A stretch of 64,000 nucleotides of DNA from Lama glama (lineage: Eukaryota), in contig CM052816.1 of the NCBI GenBank assembly GCA_028534125.1, positions 76,882,001 through 76,946,000 on the forward strand, written 5' to 3'. A program made the position numbers and the translations under genes. Under the pieces are notes generated by a model that searched no databases, had not been told where the DNA came from, and saw nothing but the letters and a program-made list of their open reading frames with translations. Below are positions 27,401 to 39,300 of this stretch, in pieces; position 1 is the first letter of the stretch, and each line of letters starts with the position of its first letter.

Positions 27401-30280
27401 TAACGACATTAACTTTAATTTAATCAAATGCTACTAATATTTTATAACCAGTAACCAAATTCTGACGGGCTTAAACCATGTTAATGATTTTTTTTCATTA
27501 GTCTCATTTACTGTCACCCTTAAACTCATGCATTTACATAAGAAGAGCACAGTGTTCAAAAACCATCATATGGTTCAAAAATATATTTTGCTTTCCATTC
27601 AAACATGCACAAGTGAACACACACACCCTCACACACTCATACACACTCACTCCCTCCGTTTAGTAGGACCTTTTTTAACTATAGCATCACATCTAAAAGC
27701 TCACAATTCCAGCGCCACATTTTATTATATAATTTGTTATGTTGACTACTCTTCAAAATATACGTTCTCTATTAAAAATTAGTTTGCTAGAAATAAAGGA
27801 CACAATTTGGAATTTCTTTTCTCTAAGCACAGTATTCAAAGTCTTTGTAACTCTGTTTCACAATAGTGATATATTAATTCTACTTTATATATTTATCCTA
27901 TACTAAAATTATTTGAAGTATTTTATTGTATAAATAAAAGCATAAATTTTATCATTCCATCCAAAAATAACCCTTTAGTATATGTTCCATACATATTAAT
28001 TTGAAGGATCTTAATCACACTTGCTGATTCAGGATATTCCCATTGTTTTATATGTGCTTAACAGATTCACCACTTTTAGCTGAAGTCTTTTTTTTTTTCC
28101 CACAGTGCTGCTGGCTTTTTATTTCCTTCTTGAGTAAAAAGTTGCAACATTGGTGCCCTTGTAAACAGACAGAACTGTGACTCCCAGTTCATCCCAATCT
28201 GTCTCAAATTATAAAGTAGATTGCAGGCATTTTAGAGAGCCCTATCATATATTTTTTTAATTTTTACTTTTTTACATTTTTTTTATTGAGTAATAGTCAT
28301 TTTACAATGTTGTGTCAAATTCTAGTGTAGAGCACAATTTTTCAGTTATACGTGAACATATATATATTCATTGTCACATTTTTTTCTGAAGTCTTTATAA
28401 GGTGTTAATTCCACATAGAATTCCTGATTTTAAACCCTTTTGTGAGACACTAAAGCAACACACAATAAACAAGACACTTTATAAGAAAACAGGACAAATC
28501 TTCTCTTGATGTTGCATTACTCAAATATAGTCCTTACTTAGAAATAAAAACAGAGATTATTTTTTTCTGCTCTGACTGCACAACACCTAATTCTGATTTC
28601 AGATCACTTGAACTAATGACCTCTCACACTTCAGTGTAACTATGCACCGTTTTCCAGTGGTGTGTGTCTGTGTGTCTGTGTGTGTTTAAAGTTCAGAAAG
28701 TACTAAAAGCAAGGTCTTTTTCTGTTTCAACTAAAAGCCACCCAATCATGATTTCAGATCACTTCTATTAATAAGCTCTCACTCTCTAGTTCAATAGGTA
28801 TTCCTCTTTTATTCACCATTCTTCTGTTTTGGGATATATATGTACATATTGGGGAAACATGGTCATACAAAGATTTCTATGACCTTTGTTGATTTTGATG
28901 TTTCATTTCTATTCTCTGAGTCAAGTAAACAGTTTTGGGTCTGAACTATGCCACAATGANNNNNNNNNNNNNNNNNNNNNNNNNNNNNNNNNNNNNNNNN
29001 NNNNNNNNNNNNNNNNNNNNNNNNNNNNNNNNNNNNNNNNNNNNNNNNNNNNNNNNNNNNNNNNNNNNNNNNNNNNNNNNNNNNNNNNNNNNNNNNNNNN
29101 NNNNNNNNNNNNNNNNNNNNNNNNNNNNNNNNNNNNNNNNNNNNNNNNNNNNNNNNNNNNNNNNNNNNNNNNNNNNNNNNNNNNNNNNNNNNNNNNNNNN
29201 NNNNNNNNNNNNNNNNNNNNNNNNNNNNNNNNNNNNNNNNNNNNNNNNNNNNNNNNNNNNNNNNNNNNNNNNNNNNNNNNNNNNNNNNNNNNNNNNNNNN
29301 NNNNNNNNNNNNNNNNNNNNNNNNNNNNNNNNNNNNNNNNNNNNNNNNNNNNNNNNNNNNNNNNNNNNNNNNNNNNNNNNNNNNNNNNNNNNNNNNNNNN
29401 NNNNNNNNNNNNNNNNNNNNNNNNNNNNNNNNNNNNNNNNNNNNNNNNNNNNNNNNNNNCATGAAAATTTTAATTTTAATCTCTTCCTACTGCCAGTGGC
29501 CAGAAATATTGTTTTGTTAGTCAGCAATCTGCTAATCCTGCCATTCAAAATATTTGTGGATCTTCAAATAACCTCAGTCACTGCTTTGAGAGAAGGTTTC
29601 TGATAGTGATGATTACAATCATGATTACTGTTTTTTGAGGGAAATTTAAAGCAGGCATCAAGGGAGATAAGAACCTCTCCCTTTTAAGGTACAGGCAGTG
29701 CTTCTAGGAGAAATGTTCAGAAAGCCCAGGAAAACTTATTTTGTTGTCCCTAAAATAATCTTTATATTAAAAGCATCATCGAAACAACGAGGTCCTACTG
29801 TATTGTACAGGGAGCCATATTCAGTACATTGTAACTGCCTATAATGAAAAAGAATACGAAAAGGAATATATATATATGTACAACCGAATCACCATTTTGT
29901 ACACCAGAAATTAGCACAACATTTTAAATCGTCTGTGCTTCAATAAATTTTTAAAAACCATTGAATGCTCATATCAAAATTTAAACTAACAGTTTCAACA
30001 TTTGATATTTTTTCTTTTGTTAGAAATGGGAGACGAAGTTTATGATGATGTGGATGCCTCTAATTTCCCTGCTCCACCAGCAGAGATGAGGTAATTAACA
30101 TGTTCTCATTACAATGAAGTAATGAAAATCAGACTGCTCAAGAAAATTCAACTGGAATAAAACCCCAAAGGGATGCATGTCTACTGTGTGCGACCATTCA
30201 CTCTGTCCTCCTCTCCCTGATCCCAGCTCTAACGTCTCTGCCAGGTTTGTGAATGGATGGACCGCTCAGATCCTCCTCCT

Positions 30281-30324
<44 letters not shown>

Positions 30325-33300
30325 CCCTGCCTTTCTCCCTTTGCCTCCCCCTTCCCCATGGTCCTTCTTCCTGTCCCCTGATTATCCTCCACCCTTTGCT
30401 CACTGATGTCTGCAGTCCATTTATTCACTCATTCACTGGGAAGATATTTGAGACCCTGATCACAACTGATGTCACCAATTCATCCCTTAACTTCAGTTTT
30501 ACTTTTTTTTCCCAAAACATTTTTTGTCTTGAATACACTGCTTAGTTCATGTCTCAACCCTCATCCACCTGGTTCAAGCCTCCTCCATCCTTCACAAGAG
30601 GGAGAGAGAGGATTTGTATTTTGAAAGGATTTTTTAAAGTTACGTCACTTTTTCACAAAAGCATTAGATTCTCAAAGTTTCCATTCAAAAAACAAACAAA
30701 CAAAAAGAGACAGTAAACAGTGAATAGTGACTCTTCAGCTTACCTAAGGCTCAATTTAACTTTAGACAAAAATTGTAAGAAAATCTAAAATCAGTTAATA
30801 CAAGAAGAGTACCTTTTGAAACTTCTTTTGAAATAGAAAATAACATGGTAGGATGCTTTTTTATACTCCAATAAATGTGTGAGATGATCTGATACATACT
30901 ATACATAAAAGCAAGAACACTTCTCTAGCTTTTTCCAGAAAAAAGAAAGATAAGAAGAAAGATCTTGAACTTGATTAGTTAGGGATGAAAGTAACATAAA
31001 TGAAATACAGTAAGTCTCATGCGCTGTACTGGTAAAAACGTGTGAGTGAACTCTAAGTATTTATTTTTCACCAACATTGTTAAATTAATTTTTCAGAGCA
31101 AGAGGCAGTATCAAGAACAAAGAAACTGAAGGGAAAATATGCTGTTGTTTATATACGAAAATCAAGTTCTGTGGGCAAAACAAAGCAGAAAGATGAAAAG
31201 AGAATCATTCTCCCTTTTCAGTTCCCCTTGAAAGGACAATCTCATCTTCTTCACTGATATGTGGTTTTAATATTTCTCACCACCAGGAAGATGCTTCTAT
31301 CCCTGACAGTGTTTAATGGATTTTTCCATTTAATGCTGCTGTAGAAATGCCACCACATTCAATTAAATAGTTCTCTAGGAACCTGGAGTCACAACGTTTG
31401 CCTTTTCTTTAAGCACAGTAAACCCCAGCTGGTTAAATTTTATATGATATGTACTGTTTTCTTTCCCACTGCTTATTTTCAGAATTTAAGACAATTGTGT
31501 GTTCCCTAACATAACATTTTGGCTTTTTTTAATTTTGAAGTTTTTATACGATTTTAAAGGTTTCTTTCCATTTACAGTTATTACAGAATATTGGCTATGT
31601 TCCCCGTGCTGTACAATACATCCTTGAGCCTGACACCCAGTAGTTTGTACCTCCTCCTCCTGCACCCCATGTGACCCCTCCCTCCCACCAGTAACCACTA
31701 GTTTGTTCTCGTTCTCTGTGAGTCTGATTCTTTTTTGTTATGTTCACTAGTTTGTTGTATTTTTTAGATTCCACATGTAAGTAAAGCATTCTATTTTTTA
31801 ATAAATTATTCTCAAAGAGGGCTTGTGGGGCATTTGTAACATTCATATATCTTCTGATTGCTCCAGAGTGCTAATCTGGGCCAGCAGTTCCACTACTGCC
31901 CAGGGTATCATAGGATGGAAGATACTGAGGGGCAGCGCAGGCCCTCGGGCAGCATACTGTGCTAACTCATTGGCCAGTGAATGAACTAAATTCTGAGAAT
32001 CAAAAATTAAGACTCAAGCATTTTAAATAAATCAGTTACAAACAAAACTTTATCTTAGGTAATCAAAATAAAAATTAATATCAGTGTTTAAAATTTTTCA
32101 GTATTCACGCATATTCTGATTTTTAAAATTCCCTCTTGCAGAGATTCACAGCCTTTCCCTAACATCCGTATTTGACCCTAGGAATGGTTCTCAACCTTGG
32201 CTGCAAGTTAATAGCCCCTGGGAGCTTTTAAAACACGTATGCCAGTGCCTGGCCCCCACTCAGTCTAATTAATTAGAAATTTAAATTAATTTAATTTAAT
32301 TAGAATTTCTAGGAATTAGACAAGGGCAGATGTGCTTTTTAAAAGCTTCCCAGGTGATCCTATATGTGGCCAGGCTAGAGAATTGCTACCTTAGACCTGT
32401 TCACCTCTCTTGTAACAGTTAGCTTTAGTCCAGTTCGTATCTTGAGATGTGACCCTGGCTTTATTTTTAGTAGGTATAAAAAATTAACAGATAGCTAAAC
32501 TTTTTAAGCTATAAAAGTCAGTCTTTCAAAAAATGTTCTTTTTTTAAAAAAAGCCTTTTCTATGACACTGGCCAAGGCACTTAATTATCTAGGAAGGATT
32601 GGAAAAATATAAGGAGTTCAAGAATAGGTTGAATCTTATGAAACTGCTGATATGTAACCATGTTTAAATTACACTTCAGTGATTTTATATCATTCAACAT
32701 AATAGATAATCTCTTCTACTTTGACTCAATCTGTATTCTCTTGAAGAATCTATTCTGCTGTATGAAATGTCATCATTTATTACAATGAATTATTGGACTT
32801 CTAAGAAAAATAATTCATTGAAAATGAAATTTAACAAAACTGTAATGTTATAAACTAAGTGTCTATTATATACTATTCTTTTTATATTTTTAAAGCTAAA
32901 TGCTGTTTTATGTGTGTTCTGCCATTCTAGTCTAGGAGCCAAGGCCAAGTCAGAAGAAAAGGACCTTAAGAAGCTAAAAAAGCAAGAAAAAGAAGAAAAA
33001 GACTTCAGGAAAAAATTTAAAGTATGTTTCATTTAAATATCATACAAAGTTCAAAGTGCTAATGAAAAAAAATGATGATTTTTAAAAGTATAGTTATCAG
33101 TATCACAGTTATTCATCATGTCTTTATTTTCTCCAAAATTTATTTTTTTATTATTTTTTAATGAAGATACTGGGGATTGTACCCAGGACCTTGTGTATGC
33201 TAAGCACTCACTCTTCCTCTGAGCTATACCCACTCAACCCCCTACAAAATTTATTTTAGATATTAAATTTATATTTAAATTTATTCCTATAACAAATTAG

Positions 33301-36300
33301 GCAAACTCTAATACATGTACAATATATATCCTGCAATAATCATCTAAATTTAGCTGTCCTTTGAACCTTGATAAGAAGATAATCTAAAAATAGAATGAAT
33401 AAAAAAGATATAGTATATATATCATGGAATATTATTCAGCCACAGAAAAGGAGGAAATCTTGCCATTTGTGGATGAGCCTTGAGAGCATTATGCTAAGCG
33501 AAATAAGTCAGACAGAGACAGAGACAAATACTGTAGGATGTAACTTAAATGTCGAATCTGGGAAAAACAAAACTTACAGAAACACAGAGTAAAAAGGTGG
33601 TTATCCGAGGCTGTGGGTGGGGAGCACAGGGTGATGTTTGTTGAAGGGTACAAATGTTCAGTTATAAGATGAATATGTTTTAGGGATCTAATTACAGCAT
33701 CGTGATTATAGTTAGTAATGCTATATTGAATACTTGAAAATTCTTAAGAAAGTAAATCTCAAATGATCTCACAACAAAAAAGAGATGATATTAAAAGTCA
33801 AAAAAATGGTACTTATGTGAGGTGATCGAACCAATAGAACTAAAGGTATGATGGTTCATTTTGCAATATATGAGTGTGTCAAAGTAACACATGTACATCT
33901 TAAACTTAAAAATTTTTTTATTTTAAAAATAATTATTGTATTAGCTTGATGAGGTTATCAATGATTTTTCTCCAAAAAAGTCTTTAATGTTCTTACATTG
34001 TCTTTTGAAAACAAGGAACTATTTATTTAACAAAGCCTTTCTTAATAAAGTTGTCAATAAATGAATTACTTTAATAGCACAATCAATCAATAATGTAAAT
34101 GTTTTTCCTTACTTTTCCAGTATGATGGTGAAATTAGAGTCCTATATTCCGCCAAAGTTGCACTCTCCTTCACTTCTAAAAAGTGGGGGAACAGAGACCT
34201 ACAGATAAAGCCTGGAGAATCCCTTGAAGTTATACAAAACACAGACGATACGAAAGTTCTCTGCAGGAACGAAGAAGGAAAATGTAAGTCACTGCTTACT
34301 CTTCACAGATGTGACACTCCAGAATTTAACAACGAAACAAGTTTTAGTGATCACCCCTGTGTTTATTAACTCTTTTTGCTCCATGCTTTGTGAATTGTAG
34401 AGAACATTAAGAAATGGGAGATCTTGCTGTGCTGGAATCAGTGTATTTTATTTTATTTTATTTTTCATTTTCCACCTGCTATATTTGGCACTGAGACGCC
34501 AAGGTAATGCCAAACTAGTGCTTCTGGAAATGTGGCCCCACAGCCCGCCCCTCCTCCCCAGCATCAGAAAACCCTTGCGCGTGTATTAAAGTTGCAGTAC
34601 CATGAACCCACCCTTGGCTTGCTGAGTCATAAGCTCTGGGGATCAGAAGCAGTCTGTGATCATAACTTCTTCCCCAGTTTGTTTGCTCTTATGTACACTG
34701 ATGTGAGAATCATTGTGCTAAAGTAGTGAGTGGTTCTTGCTCTGATTTTGAAATTATATCTAATATGTCATACCTAAACTTTCCAGTTTTCCTACCTTGT
34801 AAATTCACTTGTTTTCATTTCCTTCTTGGACACAGTTAATATGACCTACTATTCCCCATAAATACAAAAGAGTCCTATCCTCTCTGACTTTATCAGCTGT
34901 TAAAGCTGACAGATGGAAATGCTTTTGTGCAGTTTTAAAAGGAAACTTATTTCATTTAAAGTCCAGGGAAGAGTAATTCAATAGTAAGTTGTCCTGTATT
35001 TAAAATTGGATGGCCAGCATGGCTGGCCCATATCGGCTCGGTAAGTCTGCACAGAAAATGCAACCTCTGAGTCCAGTTTTAATGACAGGAAGGTGACTCA
35101 GGGACAGGAACCAAAATGGAGTTTTTAAGAATAAAACACAGTGACTCAAGGGTGGGGAAAATGGATCTGAAGTTTTTATGGACAAGGTGTGGTCAGCTTT
35201 TAAAAGGAAAAAATTGAATGTGGGTTACAAAGGATAAAAGGCAGGGGTATGTAGTATTAAGACTTGAAGCTCACTGGAGAGAATTCGTAGACAAAGCTCC
35301 TGGAGACAAAGAAAACCCCCATTCAGACCAGAATTTGTGAAGATGTACCCCAAGGAATAGTCTTAAATGCAGAAAAACTACATGCTTTTAAATGTCATCA
35401 AAATATTTTAAAAGTTCAAAAATTTTTAAACTATGAAATAAGTCATGACGAATATACCAAATTGAATATTTTATAGGATGATTATGATAATAACATGAGG
35501 AAATTCTCATGATACAATAGTAAGAGAAATAAGAAGCCTGCTTAACATAGTATAGGATTTACAGTCATGTAAAAATAAAATAAAAGAAACGAACCTAAAA
35601 TGCTAATTATGCTGATCAGAGTGATAAATAAATAAATAAATGCTGAGTAGGGTGATGGGACTAAATGGTATGTTTTCTTTCCTCTACTTTCCAAATTATT
35701 TCACATTTTTCACAACAGAGCATTGTCCTAGTACTTGTCATGTGGACCTTTCTCCAGAGGACAAGCTTCAGACATATCTTGCCCTGCTGTCCTGAGACTC
35801 CTGTCCTTAGCAACAAACCCTATCTAGAGCCATGCTCCTGAGCTTCAAAGTACATGCAGTTCACGTGGGGATCTTGTTAAAAATGCAGATTCTAATTTAG
35901 TAGGTCTGAGGTGGGATGTGACATTCTGCATTTTCCCAAGCTCTTGGGTAATTGTTGCTGCTGGTCCGTGGAACATGCACCGAGTAACAGAATATAAATG
36001 ACTTAACAATAAACATGTGCAGGTCCAGATGAGCAGGGAGAGATACAGCATCAGAAACAGAAATTCGGAGGAGGCTCCTATCTAGGAACCGGTACACCTT
36101 AAGAATGAGGAAAAGCAATAGCCATTCAGGGATGATTTTGTAATCTGCTCTCGTTTTCTATTTGGACATCGGTAATTCTAAATACTGTCTGAATACTGGA
36201 GGGCTCCTGTCCTCTTAGAATTTATCATCTGTTAAAAATGAGCTGAGAACAGTACATCAATTTCTGGTAGATAAAGTCAAGGGTTCCATGTAACATTTAT

Positions 36301-39300
36301 CTTTTATCTTTTTTTTTTTTTTGGTGCAAGACCAATGCATTTTACAATTCCCAAGTTCACTGGAAACTAATTCAGTTCTTAGGGGTCCATCGCAAACAGA
36401 ATGGAGACCAGATGACTGTATTGGTAGCACTTATGCACTTGTTTTTTATTTAAAGACTTTCTTTGGGCTGGGCTTTGTCTTAGTTTGGTTTCCCCATTTG
36501 GGAGGTGATTCTGGGAAACGCCTGAAGGCAAGTGTAGAAGTAGCCTGGGAAGAGAAGGCAGCTGATAAAGCCTTGTTATCAAAAAAGTTACCACTTGGGT
36601 AGTTGGAGCTTAATTAGCTGGGAACTCGGAGTGGCATCCAATGGGAAACAAATTGGGGTGTTTATACATCACCTCCTGTCCATCGGGAATTGAAGCCTAC
36701 TCCTAGGCAGGTGGCGAGTCATTCGGGATACTAAGCAAGTTGATAAAGGGAGTTCTGGAAGCCAGAGACAAGCCATCAGTAAATGAAAAATGTAAATGAT
36801 GTCAGCTGAAAGTTGACACAAAGCACTGAAGTGGTAAGGGTGAAGGTAGGCGGGAGGGACACCGGGAAGCATCTGTGATTGCATTATTTCACCATTTAAC
36901 TATCATATCTGCTTATTTTCACTTTTATTTTTCCAAATCTCTGGCTTTTCTTAATTTTTCTAAAACTGTTGCTTATTCTTTCCTTGAACTGGATCCCTGA
37001 CATTCTTCATTTTCTTAATTTCTGGTCCATTCCTCAAATATCTTTATAGGATTTGGGATGGTTGTCGTATGGATCTAACCCTCCGTCACCTGGGTTATTG
37101 CAACAGCCTTTCTAATGAGATGTCTACCTTACCCTTACTCTCAGCCAATCCACTCATCACACTGTTACCCAAATATTATCTTTTAAAATACAAAGTCTTT
37201 AGGGTTAGTACATAAAACCCTTTTCTGGTCTAGCCGGACCCTCAGCAACTATTTCCCATCTGCAACTGATGCTCCAGAAATACAAACTGCTTACTTGTCA
37301 TTCCCTGAGTACATTATGCTATTTCATCCTACTTTGATATTTTATTCTACTTGGAACACGCATAAATTATCTATTAAAAACAATCCAGTTGTCATCTAAA
37401 ATTGGAAGAACACTCACTCCCTCCTCTCCAGGAACCCCAGCATAATCTCTCCCTTGCACCACCAGGCTTCTACTTTTATTGCTATAATTGTCCTTATTCT
37501 CTTAGCAATCTATTACTTTTACTAGACTCTGAACTTAAGAGTAGCTTCAGTGAAATGTTCTCAACATTGTATTGCCAACACATTCTTCGCCTCCTGGCAC
37601 CTAGTTTGGGGCTTTCTGAATTGAGTGTACAATTCGGAGATTGCATTTGGATAACCAGATGAAAATCTGACATATTGACATTCACAGGAAGAAGTCTGTT
37701 GAACAGTTTAGAAGTCTTATTAGAAGACAGAATTTCTTTGTCTTAGCCTTAGTAATGTGGTTCAGTTGTTGTGTATCATTTGGGAGCCTCTAAATCTTTC
37801 AGTTCCTTATTTCTACATCTAATTTGCAGCAATAGCATCTGCAGTCCAACACCATGGTGACCTGAAGATTGTCCTTACTTTCTATTCTTTAATCCAGCAA
37901 AGAAAACAAAACCATAATTTACTTAAACCTAAATTTGTAATGATAGAAATCAGAGGCCAAAACATTAATAATAACCCCTTCCCACTGAGGAGTAGAGTAG
38001 AAGCCATTTTTACAAGCATTATCACATTTGATCAAATCTCAGCCACAGACTTGTAGAAGAGCACATTGTAGAGGTGTTGCGTCCTTAAATATATATCTCT
38101 GGCACTTTCCCAACTGTTCAGAATTTCTCGCCAATGTTTGTGAGTATCAACGTCTCATAAGCTGTGAGTTTTGCCACCTCCTGACACTGGAGAAAATTCT
38201 TCTATAAAAAAGTGTGAAATGAGACATGAGCTGAGTTATTTGTGTTCAAAATGTTCTCCATTTCCTCTGGGCATCAAAGACAGGGGAATTTTAAAGGTGC
38301 TTTAGATGTTCCCTAATCCAACTGATCATTTCTTTGTTTAGGTAATTTTTTTTTCCATTTTAAAACAGCATATGCTCACTGAAGGAAAATTTTTTATTCA
38401 GAAATTTTCGAAGTCACTGATTTGAAGCCCTAAAAAATAAGTAGGGAGATAGAGAAAGAAGAGAGAGGGAAAAAGAACATTTTTCTAAATGAGGATAATT
38501 TATATTTAGTATTATAAACTGCATTTTGTTTTTAATTTCTATTATATTTTGAGCATTTCCCCCTTGAAGTTGGACATTGTTCCATTTGCCTGGGTAAATC
38601 TATGTAATATGATTTTATTGTTTTTAAACTACGTGAGGCCAAATTGAGTAAATTTAACCTTATTTCTGGACTTGCTCACGACAAATAAAATAATAGGGAA
38701 ATAATCAAAGTTGTCATTTTTATTAAGTAAAAAATTTGAAAACATTAGAATGAAGATATTTTTCATTTCTCCAAAGCTTGTTTTGTATATCCTTGGTAAT
38801 TTTATATTCACCACATCCTTCTGAAAGGTGAGTCATTAGTCCTAGGACACATCTGCACTGTAGCAAGTAAACATTTTGGGAAGAAATTAACTGGCACATA
38901 TGGGGGGGTGGGTGTTACTTTCTTGACTAGCTCTATCCCACCACATATTTCAAAACATTTGTTCCAACCACTGTGTTCTGCTGTATGAATGTGAGGTTTC
39001 CAAATAATAATTTCATACTGTGTGTGAGAATCCCTGATGTGCCAGTGCTCACAGCGTTGCAGGGCTAACTACACACAGCAGCCACTCTACGTGTTACAGA
39101 ACTCTGATGAGGTTTTTTGTTTATTTCATTTGTCTTTTCATTCACATTCCCTATGATGAATGTACATGGAAAGAGAGCATTTTTCTACTGCAAAAAAAAA
39201 AAGATTTTGTTTCTAGGAACTATAATGGGGAGATTATATAAAAATTCATGGTAAGTCACTTGTTTTGGCAGTCATGAATCATGATTTTAATAGAATGAGG

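Noticed and set aside
28085..28140. Strong acceptor (T-tract + CACAG at ~28105) as the missing microexon
   Set aside because: The following 28 nt up to a weak GTAAAA give the wrong phase and do not encode an FPAPP-like peptide.
28863..29603. Four ~200-aa ORFs
   Set aside because: Artefacts of translating the 500-N gap.
30198..30428. RE-repeat ORF on the minus strand
   Set aside because: Comes from the (CT)n microsatellite.
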